Assembly (NCBI GenBank): GCA_049974095.1
Contig: JBMFJD010000006.1
Span: forward strand, 1-32,000
Length of the DNA stretch: 32,000 nt
Direction: 5' to 3'
From: Nanopusillaceae archaeon
GTDB taxonomy: Archaea; Nanobdellota; Nanobdellia; Nanobdellales; Nanobdellaceae
Below the pieces are notes generated by a model. It saw only the letters and a program-made list of their open reading frames with translations, did not search any database and was not told the DNA's origin. Positions 15,083 through 23,369 of the stretch are shown piece after piece (within the stretch, counting starts at the first letter, position 1; every line of letters begins with the position of its first letter). Position numbers and translations under genes: made by a program.

Positions 15083-15631
15083 ATGAGTGAATTTGAGATA
15101 GATTTAGGTAGTAAATTGTATAGAATAAATGGTATTATGTTTACTTTTTATCCTCGTAGATTAAATAAAAAAGAAGAACTTGCATTATCGTTATCTGAGA
15201 TACTATATGAGATTGCTGAAAAAGGTTTTTCATATATACTAATAGGATCAAAAGGTATAATAAGCAAATCTCAAATAATGTCAGTATACGATGTAGACTC
15301 TAGTACAGCAAAAGAGTACCTGGATTTTATAAATAATGAAATGAAAAAGCTTGGCGATGATATATCATATATCGACAATGATGTATTATACATAAATTTA
15401 GATAAATTTGTTGAGAGGATTATAGTAATATTGAAAAGATTAAATAAAAAAATAAGAAAGAAGGGGTTTGTTCTTATAACTTATACAGATAAGGACATAA
15501 TAAAAAATATATTGGTTAAATTCTTGAAAGTTAGGTATATGACCAATGACTATAAGATCTACGAAGACTATTTACCTGTTGGACGTGGAAAATTTTACAT
15601 AATGGTACGTAGAAATTATAAAATATATTAA
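15083..15631 (+). CDS. hypothetical protein (182 aa), paralog of the previous gene
   Basis: Starts 2 nt after the previous stop. Carries ISKSQI..TAKEYLDFI, YIDNDVLYINLD and GFVLITYTDKD. Confidence 0.7.
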   Translation: MSEFEIDLGSKLYRINGIMFTFYPRRLNKKEELALSLSEILYEIAEKGFSYILIGSKGIISKSQIMSVYDVDSSTAKEYLDFINNEMKKLGDDISYIDNDVLYINLDKFVERIIVILKRLNKKIRKKGFVLITYTDKDIIKNILVKFLKVRYMTNDYKIYEDYLPVGRGKFYIMVRRNYKIY

Positions 15632-15680
15632 TTAAATATGGTGATTAAATATTAAAAAAGATTTTTGGTAATACAAATAT

Positions 15681-17813
15681 ATGGCAGCGGAAAAAGGAAA
15701 AAAAGATAAATTTGTTTTTAGCGGATCCATTATATCACTACAGCAACTCGAGGCCTATATACCAGATAAATTGAAAGAAATGTATATAAATTTTTTGAAG
15801 CAACAAGCCCAACAAATTACACTTGTTGACCAGTCAGCAAGATACTATTTTGAGATAATTAAAAAGCAAGCTATCGAAAATTTCTTTAAATTAGAAGATT
15901 TTGAATATACTTTTATAAATTTTGAAGATTTATATAAGTTTTTACATTCTTTAAAGAAAGGATCAGAATTTAGTAAAGCAGGAAGTGTAATTAAATATTT
16001 ACTACAACATTATGTGAATGAAGATCTACAGATCACATGGCACCTTCCAATATTCGTAAAAAATATTCCTGATAATTATACAAAAACTGTAAAAGAATTT
16101 TTTAAATCAAATGATGACGATATTGTTATCTTGAAAGGCATTATCAATTCTATAACATATATAGAAGGTATTCCAAGATATTTTCTAATTCAACACTCAT
16201 TGTGTGGAGGTAGGTTCTTAATTGAGAATGATATACCAACTAATAAAGATTTGAGGAATATACTAAAAGTTAAAGTAAATTCATGTCCATTGTGTGGCTC
16301 TCCTGAAGGCCAATTTATTGTTGAGCATATTGTTACAACAAATGCATATAAGTTAACAATAACCGATATTCCTAAAGATGAAGGAAAAGAAATACAATCT
16401 ATTGAGGCATATCTATTTGGTAGTGCAATAGATATGTATAGTGTACAACATACAAGAGTTAATTTGGTTGGTATTGCCAGGAGGGTATTTGATGGTAAAG
16501 AAGCAAGAGCATATTTAGAAGTTATTGGTATTGAACCTACAGAAAAAACAGTAGAAGATATAGAATTAAAAGACGAAGATATAAGAAAGATTGAAAATAT
16601 TGTTAAGGAATCCGGATATGATATAATTGATATGGTAGCGGAATCTATGTTACCAAATATAAAAGGAGAGCATTACAAATATATTAAAAGAGCTGTGTTA
16701 TTACAGGCTATATCTGTTAGTCAACAAAAAGAAATTGATTTATTAGCAGATAGATTACATATAAATATATTGTTATTAGGAGATCCAGGTACAGGTAAAT
16801 CTACATTATTAAGAACAATTGCAAAATTAATACCTAGATCAAGATATACTGTAGCTACTTCCTTAACAAAGGCAGGTTTACTGGGTACAGTTACAAAATC
16901 TGAAGAGGGTAAATGGGTATTAGAAATTGGTGCATTACCATCCGCATCTGGTGGAATATTATGTATTGATGAAGCAAATAAGTTATCTTTCGATGATATA
17001 AAATCGTTAAATGAGGCAATGGAACATGGAACAGCAACAATCGATAAGGCAGGTGTACATGTAACATTAAGGGCAAATGCAGCAGTATTAGCAGCGGCAA
17101 ATCCAAAATATGGAAGGTGGGATCCAAATAGGGAATTAATAAGCCAGATAGATATAGAACCAACGATGTTATCAAGGTTTGATTTAATATTCGTATTGAG
17201 GGATATACCAAACAAAGAACAAGATATATTAGAAGCTATGGAGATATTAGGAAGAAATAAAGTTAAAAAGATGTTATTCGATAAAGATTTTATATTAAAA
17301 TACATAGCATATGCTAGAACAATAAACCCAGAATTAACTAGCGAAACGGAAGCATATATTGCAAAATTATATGCTGATCTAAGGGATAAAACCAAAGAAG
17401 AATTTCCAGTAACTAGAAGGCAATTACAAACAATAAGAAGGTTGGCAATTGCTATTGCAAAAGCAAGATTAAGCAATGTTGTTACAAAGGAAGATGTTGA
17501 TTATGCATGGGAAATAATGTCAAATAGTATATATAGCATTATTGGTAAAAATGCTACTGTTCTGGATTTTGGTGTTGTTGAAACTGGAGTTAGGAGTAGC
17601 ACAAAAACCAGAACAATGTTAGTAAAAGAGGTTATTCAACAATTAAATAAAATGTATGGTAAAGGTGTTACCTTTAATGATATATATAATTATCTAAAAG
17701 AAAAGTATAATCTAGATATATCTCAATATGAGCTTAGAGAAATTATTAATGTATTGAAACATACTGGAGATATATATGAACCAGATGAGGGTTTATACCT
17801 TGCAATATTTTAG
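15681..17813 (+). CDS. mcm: MCM replicative helicase, full length (710 aa)
   Basis: N-terminal Zn-motif HSLCGG...CPLCGS. Walker A GDPGTGKS (DNA ~16779-16802), Walker B ILCIDEANKL, sensor-1 AAANP, arginine finger SRFDLIFVL, lid RRQLQTIRRLAIAIAKA, C-terminal winged helix. Confidence 0.9.
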   Translation: MAAEKGKKDKFVFSGSIISLQQLEAYIPDKLKEMYINFLKQQAQQITLVDQSARYYFEIIKKQAIENFFKLEDFEYTFINFEDLYKFLHSLKKGSEFSKAGSVIKYLLQHYVNEDLQITWHLPIFVKNIPDNYTKTVKEFFKSNDDDIVILKGIINSITYIEGIPRYFLIQHSLCGGRFLIENDIPTNKDLRNILKVKVNSCPLCGSPEGQFIVEHIVTTNAYKLTITDIPKDEGKEIQSIEAYLFGSAIDMYSVQHTRVNLVGIARRVFDGKEARAYLEVIGIEPTEKTVEDIELKDEDIRKIENIVKESGYDIIDMVAESMLPNIKGEHYKYIKRAVLLQAISVSQQKEIDLLADRLHINILLLGDPGTGKSTLLRTIAKLIPRSRYTVATSLTKAGLLGTVTKSEEGKWVLEIGALPSASGGILCIDEANKLSFDDIKSLNEAMEHGTATIDKAGVHVTLRANAAVLAAANPKYGRWDPNRELISQIDIEPTMLSRFDLIFVLRDIPNKEQDILEAMEILGRNKVKKMLFDKDFILKYIAYARTINPELTSETEAYIAKLYADLRDKTKEEFPVTRRQLQTIRRLAIAIAKARLSNVVTKEDVDYAWEIMSNSIYSIIGKNATVLDFGVVETGVRSSTKTRTMLVKEVIQQLNKMYGKGVTFNDIYNYLKEKYNLDISQYELREIINVLKHTGDIYEPDEGLYLAIF

Positions 17814-17866
17814 TTCAATTTTTTTATACCATAAATTTTTAAATATGTATCTTAATATTTACTAAT

Positions 17867-18892
17867 ATGAAATTGAAGTATCTGGCACTTGCTACATTTA
17901 TTATATTTACATTTAATATATTTGCTCAACCACCATTCTGGCCAATAGCATCAATAAAAACAGTTAGTGGAACATCTACACAATTACCACTTTATACAAC
18001 TCAACTAGTATACCAGCTAGATATACCACAAAATACTACATTACAGTTTGTTAGAATAAAGATACCAAGTTCAGTAATACAACAGCAATATCAATACTGT
18101 AAAACATACGATTCGTATATAACAAATAATATACGCGACATAAAACAATGTGTTCATGCATACCCTGCAATAGTTTTTCTTTATAATCCGAATACCAGAT
18201 CTACATCAGCACATGATGTAACATATGCTATTGTACCAGTATCATACGATAGCACTACTGGTTTGCCAGATACATTTGATATATTCTTAAATAATCGTAT
18301 TGGTGCACAAGCACCTGGTACATACTATTTATATGTATATTATCCATCGCCATATTATCTTACATTTGATACAATATTTGATCCATATACAATGCCACAA
18401 TGTGTAGATCCTAGTTATGCTACATCTAAAGACTTTAATGGTGGATGGTGTTCGGATACTGGAGGATTTGGTAGCTTTTATAATGCTGAAGCCTTTCCTG
18501 GATATGTTTATCCTTATGCACAATCGCTTTATTATCATGGGGGTAGTTATGGTTGTGTTGGCGTGGGTGGTGTCAATTTAACAAGATATTTTAATGTAAA
18601 ATTTGATCCTCAATATCCTGTATTAATTGGATTTATGTCAACAGGATTTACTCCTGCTTTTGGTGGTTATATTACAGTAGGAAATCCGTCTACAGGCCAA
18701 ATTCAAACAATATATGTCCCTGCAGGAAACGTATTATATGACTTAAGAACGTTAGAGTTAGGTCAAGGATTGAATCCATATCAATGGAATTTAATAATAA
18801 ATGTAAAACATGGCGCTAAATCACAAGGTGTTTGTTATGATGTTGACTTTTATCCAACAGGTATATATCTACAATATGTACCTGCAACATAG
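17867..18892 (+). CDS. secreted protein (341 aa), Y/T/P/Q-rich
   Basis: N-terminal signal-like MKLKYLALATFIIFTFNIFAQPP. Contains sequons NTT and NLT. Inserted between MCM paralogs. Confidence 0.7.
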   Translation: MKLKYLALATFIIFTFNIFAQPPFWPIASIKTVSGTSTQLPLYTTQLVYQLDIPQNTTLQFVRIKIPSSVIQQQYQYCKTYDSYITNNIRDIKQCVHAYPAIVFLYNPNTRSTSAHDVTYAIVPVSYDSTTGLPDTFDIFLNNRIGAQAPGTYYLYVYYPSPYYLTFDTIFDPYTMPQCVDPSYATSKDFNGGWCSDTGGFGSFYNAEAFPGYVYPYAQSLYYHGGSYGCVGVGGVNLTRYFNVKFDPQYPVLIGFMSTGFTPAFGGYITVGNPSTGQIQTIYVPAGNVLYDLRTLELGQGLNPYQWNLIINVKHGAKSQGVCYDVDFYPTGIYLQYVPAT

Positions 18893-18932
18893 AGTATAAC
18901 CAATATAAATATTTGTTCATAAAATATGTATT

Positions 18933-19790
18933 ATGGATTTCCAAGATCTAGTGAATGGTCTATTCCCATCACTAAAAGGTCATATTTACAAATATATTAG
19001 ACAAGCTGTTGCATATCAGTTAATCTCTATAGGAAAAACACCTTTCTTTAGAGATTCTATACATATATTACTTTTAGGAGAACCTGGTACTGGTAAATCT
19101 CATATGTTAAAATATGTTAGCATGATACCTGGTAACAAATATGTAAATGGTGAGAATCTTACTCTAGCTGGTTTGGTTGGATATATTAGCATGTACACCA
19201 TGCAACAGGGTGTTGTATCAACAGTAAATGGTGTATTATGTATAGATGAAATAACAAAATCAAGTAAAACTGTTAGGGAGAGGATGAATGAACTATTAGA
19301 AGAATTATCTGTTACTATTACAAAAGCTGGTAAAACGATAAAATATGATGTAAATCTTGCTGTACTTGCTGCTACAAATCCAAGGCATGGGGTATTTAAA
19401 GGTAAGGATATTATTGAACAGATAGAGTTACCTCCAACAGTTATTGACAGGTTTGATTTGATATTTGTATTAAAAACACAAAATATAGATAAAATAACAA
19501 ACGAGACCTATGTATTTGATAATAATGAATTGGTAAAATATCTTAATGAAGTAAGAATGATAAATCCATCTTCTAGTACTGTTGATTTGAGTAAATTAAA
19601 TATAGGCTTTCCAACATCTGGTGTTTATTTATCTGACAGAAGATTGATGACTGTAATAAGATTAGCAAAAGCAATAGCAAAGTCCTATAAAGATAATGTA
19701 ATTAGGGACGAATATATACAAGAGGCCGAAAAATTCTTTATCAAAATAGTAAATAGATTATTTGGGTATGATATACAAGATTTTGACTAA
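18933..19790 (+). CDS. MCM AAA+ core-only protein (285 aa; lacks the N-terminal OB/Zn domain and the C-terminal wH)
   Basis: Begins at the linker motif LFPSLKGHIYKYIRQAVAYQL (compare MLPNIKGEHYKYIKRAVLLQA in the 710-aa MCM). Walker A GEPGTGKS, Walker B LCIDEITK, LAATNP, DRFDLIFVL, lid LMTVIRLAKAIAKS. Confidence 0.8.
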   Translation: MDFQDLVNGLFPSLKGHIYKYIRQAVAYQLISIGKTPFFRDSIHILLLGEPGTGKSHMLKYVSMIPGNKYVNGENLTLAGLVGYISMYTMQQGVVSTVNGVLCIDEITKSSKTVRERMNELLEELSVTITKAGKTIKYDVNLAVLAATNPRHGVFKGKDIIEQIELPPTVIDRFDLIFVLKTQNIDKITNETYVFDNNELVKYLNEVRMINPSSSTVDLSKLNIGFPTSGVYLSDRRLMTVIRLAKAIAKSYKDNVIRDEYIQEAEKFFIKIVNRLFGYDIQDFD

Positions 19791-21570
19791 TAAAGATCCA
19801 TACAATTTTGTATATAACAATAACCCATATGATGTAGTCATAGGTTTATATTACAATAATTCTTTAATCATAGATCTAGACCAGTACAACAACATAATAT
19901 CATCTGTTACTAACGATTATTTTAATTTACCAAAAACATTAGTACCATTTTCAACAATATTAAATGCATTACTTAATTTGCAAAATTCTCTAGATATACT
20001 TGATACTGGTGCTATTATACAGTTGTTATCTGGTAATGTAAAGGTATCGTCAAATAAACCATTGATATTCTTTATAGTAAGGGATAGAAATAACCCTCTA
20101 TACAATATATTGAAGTCAAAATATAATCTGTATGAAGTATCTCTCAAGACTGCCCGCATAAAAGATCATTCTATATATCTTAGGAGGATAGTGTGTTCAT
20201 CTGGTCACTATATAATAACATGGAAGAAATATCCTCCAATTGTTTGTCCAATATGTACTATGAAAGGACAAATATCTAAGATTGTCGGATTCACAGATTT
20301 CATATATTCTGATAAGATGATTGTATTACATGACGAATATGGAAAGATGAACATAATTACAGATACAGATCTATATGATTTTATGAAAAAACTAGATACA
20401 GATTACAAGTTAATAATAATGGATATTTCTCCCTATAAACATGAATTAAAAGAAACAAGAATAAATAGGTTATTCTATGCTGTCGGACTATTAATTGAAG
20501 ATAAGAGAACCTATAATTATGATGAGATAATAACATTCTTTAACCTAAATATTGATGATAAGATAAGATATATGTTAAATGGTAGTAGGGTTGATGATCT
20601 GGTCATATCTTTACCATTGATGTTACAACAAATCGATAAATTTACAGTATTATATATTGATATTAACCAGAAATATATCCCACTAATATTTGAGTCTTAT
20701 AGTAAATACAATAATGCATCTATAGAAAATCTAACAGAAGTAGAAAATCCTGTATTGATGAATGTACAAGATTTACCTGCAGGTATAAGGTATAAAATAA
20801 ACAACATATTATTAAACCATGAGATGAATCTGGTCATGTTATTTAAATATTCTTATGGATTTAGGGTTGTAGATTTTACATCATTTGATTCATTTTATAA
20901 CTCATTGTCAAGATCATTTTTAACTTTCTTTGATAAAATAGATTTTATTGTTCCATATATTGTTGATTTTGAATTTGAAACAACTGGTAAAAATTTGAAT
21001 AATATATTTAGTTTCATTAGACATACTATTAGATCTATAAAAATATATGATAGAAATTTTGATAATATGTTTTATTCAGAAGTTGAAAGATTGGGTAGAG
21101 TATATAGTCAATACAGTGAAATGATTGCATATAAAAAACAAACTATATATAAGTTATCAAAGATATTTGCCATATTGAATAAAAAGAATAGGATAGATCT
21201 TGATGATATAAGATATGCTATTGGTTATTTTAGTGTGATACACCTATTACCATTTACAATAACAGATATGAAGGCAAAAGATGTTTTAGACCTATACAAA
21301 GATTATATAAAGTTCATATATAATAGATATTTGAATGTACAGGAACAAAAAAGAGTTATTGCTACTAAAAAGGATGTAGAGGAATTAGTATATGAAGTAT
21401 TGAGAACTGGTCCTAAAACAATAATAGAAATTAGAAGAACAATAGATAATATGCGTAACAAATTCGTAATAAAAAGTGGTATTAATCTATACATAATGGT
21501 TGAGAGAGTTCTTAATGAGCTAACATCTCAGGGTAGGATTAAATATAACAATGGTATGTATTCCATATGA
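19768..21570 (+). CDS. MCM-like protein with degenerate ATPase motifs (about 600 aa)
   Basis: OB/Zn-like segment RRIVCSSGH..VCPICT..FIYSDKMIVLHDE fits the MCM N-domain pattern. Positions equivalent to Walker A/B read FTVLYIDINQKY and RVVDFTSFDSF, with no GK[ST] and no DE. Lid-like YKLSKIFAILNKKNRIDLDDIRYAI. C-terminal wH ends in GRIKYNNGMYSI. ATG at 19768; the TTG at 19762 is in the ORF track. Confidence 0.5.
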   Translation: MIYKILTNKDPYNFVYNNNPYDVVIGLYYNNSLIIDLDQYNNIISSVTNDYFNLPKTLVPFSTILNALLNLQNSLDILDTGAIIQLLSGNVKVSSNKPLIFFIVRDRNNPLYNILKSKYNLYEVSLKTARIKDHSIYLRRIVCSSGHYIITWKKYPPIVCPICTMKGQISKIVGFTDFIYSDKMIVLHDEYGKMNIITDTDLYDFMKKLDTDYKLIIMDISPYKHELKETRINRLFYAVGLLIEDKRTYNYDEIITFFNLNIDDKIRYMLNGSRVDDLVISLPLMLQQIDKFTVLYIDINQKYIPLIFESYSKYNNASIENLTEVENPVLMNVQDLPAGIRYKINNILLNHEMNLVMLFKYSYGFRVVDFTSFDSFYNSLSRSFLTFFDKIDFIVPYIVDFEFETTGKNLNNIFSFIRHTIRSIKIYDRNFDNMFYSEVERLGRVYSQYSEMIAYKKQTIYKLSKIFAILNKKNRIDLDDIRYAIGYFSVIHLLPFTITDMKAKDVLDLYKDYIKFIYNRYLNVQEQKRVIATKKDVEELVYEVLRTGPKTIIEIRRTIDNMRNKFVIKSGINLYIMVERVLNELTSQGRIKYNNGMYSI

Positions 21571-21826
21571 TATATACTTTGATGAAGGAGTAGAATTGGG
21601 TAAATTATTTAATATGCTGAATGATGACAATATTAAAAAGATTAAGGAATTTTTAAGCAAATATATAAATAGCAGTAATTATCTGGAGATGATAAGCGAT
21701 GTTGATATCCAAAATAACCAGGATATCATATATATTATGAAATATCTTGGTATTATCACTGAAATCTCTGGTAAGTATTATGTTATAATACCTGTAGCAA
21801 AAACACTTATAAATATTTGTCAATAA
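21551..21826 (+). CDS. small hypothetical protein, possible winged-helix (91 aa)
   Basis: ATG overlaps the end of the upstream gene by 20 nt. The C-terminal IIYIMKYLGIITEISGKYYVI looks like a recognition helix plus wing. An alternative start exists at 21614. Confidence 0.55.
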   Translation: MVCIPYDIYFDEGVELGKLFNMLNDDNIKKIKEFLSKYINSSNYLEMISDVDIQNNQDIIYIMKYLGIITEISGKYYVIIPVAKTLINICQ

Positions 21827-21829
21827 TAT

Positions 21830-22435
21830 ATGAGTATGGAATACAAACTTGAGGTACTAACTCCAATAATAGGTGGTTTATCTAATGATTATTTTGATTT
21901 TAGGATTTTTGCTAAAATTGATTTCTCTGATTTTAAAATAATACCAAAGATAAAGTTAACTAGTGAGGATTTGGCCGGATACGAGAAAGAACTAGAAGGA
22001 AAAGATAAAGATGCAGTGCTTAAAAAATTATATGAGAAGAAAAAAGAAACAATAGAAAAAGAATTTATTAAAAATGGGTATCTAAAATTAGCATACATAT
22101 TTCCCAGAAAACATTATGAAATATCATCCATAAAAACAAAAGAAGATTATATAAATTGGATAGATTATCATGTAGAATTCTCAAGAGGACTGGTTATCGC
22201 ATTACAAAAAGATCATAAGATAAAGGTTAAAATACAGGAGATAAAACCAGTAAAAATAAATATTGGTGTAAGTGTGTTTTACTATGATAACATAAAATCT
22301 GTTATAGCATACGAATCTATATTACCAGGTTCAATTCTATCAGTTAGATTTGATTCCAAAGTAGATACAGATATTACTGTGAATATTGGCGGATTAAAAA
22401 GATTTGGTTATGGTAGGGTGCTAATAAAAACATGA
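21830..22435 (+). CDS. RAMP-like protein (Cas7/Csm3/Cmr4/Cmr6-type motifs), orphan
   Basis: N-terminal YKLEVLTPIIGG fits the RAMP h-x-h-x-TP-h-h-G-G strand-loop. C-terminal NIGGLKRFGYGRVLIK fits the glycine-rich loop GGxxxxG[YF]G followed by a hydrophobic strand. 201 aa. No other cas genes are nearby. Confidence 0.4.
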   Translation: MSMEYKLEVLTPIIGGLSNDYFDFRIFAKIDFSDFKIIPKIKLTSEDLAGYEKELEGKDKDAVLKKLYEKKKETIEKEFIKNGYLKLAYIFPRKHYEISSIKTKEDYINWIDYHVEFSRGLVIALQKDHKIKVKIQEIKPVKINIGVSVFYYDNIKSVIAYESILPGSILSVRFDSKVDTDITVNIGGLKRFGYGRVLIKT

Positions 22436-22539
22436 AGCTGAGATATATCATCTATGTAATATTAGCCTTGTATACAATATTTACAATATATCAATATCCG
22501 TTTACACTAAATGCGATAGCAACAATTATAAAACCTTAA
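22432..22539 (+). CDS. small hydrophobic peptide (35 aa, one predicted TM), not in the ORF track
   Basis: Its ATG overlaps the RAMP-like stop (ATGA at 22432-22435). Sequence: MKLRYIIYVILALYTIFTIYQYPFTLNAIATIIKP. Confidence 0.35.
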   Translation: MKLRYIIYVILALYTIFTIYQYPFTLNAIATIIKP

Positions 22540-22703
22540 ATTTAATATAATATAAGGACAAGATGACTGTGACAAGTTATGGGTGTAAATCACCTCTATA
22601 AAGTTACCTGTATAGTGTAACCTGGTAGCATGTATCTGTCAACTGTATCATGTTGCAAGTACCACATTTAACACTTAAAAATATTTGTTGATTACACAAT
22701 AAT

Positions 22704-23336
22704 ATGGATAAAAAATACATCCTTTTATTGATATCAACAATATCTGCTATAGTATTAGCTATACTGTTTTCATCATATACTTCGCAAGATAATATAGGTT
22801 ATAAGATACTATATGCAATCGCTACAACTGGTCATACTTATATACAGGGTGGTGATAAAATACTTACTCTATATTTTTCCACAAACGACATATATTCATT
22901 ATTATTCATATCTTTCAATTTACCACAATATCTGAAAAATAATTTTACAGTTATACTTAAGCCAATTGATATGTCTGATAAGTCAATGTTGATATCGTGT
23001 TATGAAAATATTACTTACGATCAACTACTCAGCATACTTACTAACTTTACATATGCTTATGAACATTCAGAAGATTATGTAATTAAATGCTTTAATAGTA
23101 ATCAATCTAAACAGTATATACTAAATAATTATGAAATATTTGTAGGGACCAGAATGCTAGGAACTCCAGCATACTTTATTGTTTTCAAAGATGGTAATAT
23201 AACTGCAATAAATGAAACATTAAAAACTGTCGGTGTATATGTAAATCCTGTAGTATACAATGATAGATATATAATGCTACTGTATGGGTATTTACCAACA
23301 AATATCACCGAGCGAATATTATCCGAAATAAGATAA
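22704..23336 (+). CDS. N-terminally membrane-anchored protein; weak resemblance to a DsbA-like thioredoxin fold but without CxxC
   Basis: TM segment YILLLISTISAIVLAILF. LGTPAYFIVFKDGN resembles the GTPTFFI-NG motif of DsbA/BdbD-type proteins. No CxxC is present. Several sequons. Confidence 0.6.
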   Translation: MDKKYILLLISTISAIVLAILFSSYTSQDNIGYKILYAIATTGHTYIQGGDKILTLYFSTNDIYSLLFISFNLPQYLKNNFTVILKPIDMSDKSMLISCYENITYDQLLSILTNFTYAYEHSEDYVIKCFNSNQSKQYILNNYEIFVGTRMLGTPAYFIVFKDGNITAINETLKTVGVYVNPVVYNDRYIMLLYGYLPTNITERILSEIR

Positions 23337-23358
23337 ATATTTATAAGTGTTTTTTATA
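23335..23358 (+). promoter_or_regulatory. promoter, variant of the conserved cassette (AAATATTTATAAGTGTTTTTTATA)
   Basis: Lies 35 nt upstream of the ATG at 23370 and shares the TATA plus GTGTTTTTTATA layout with 1020-1045. Confidence 0.55.
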
Positions 23359-23369
23359 CAACATACTTT

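Noticed and set aside
16721-17476. 251-aa and 106-aa minus-strand ORFs antisense to the intact MCM gene
   Set aside because: They lie opposite the most conserved part of a clearly genuine MCM (Walker A through lid). Their sequence is low-complexity and S/L/N/I-rich. They are typical shadow ORFs.
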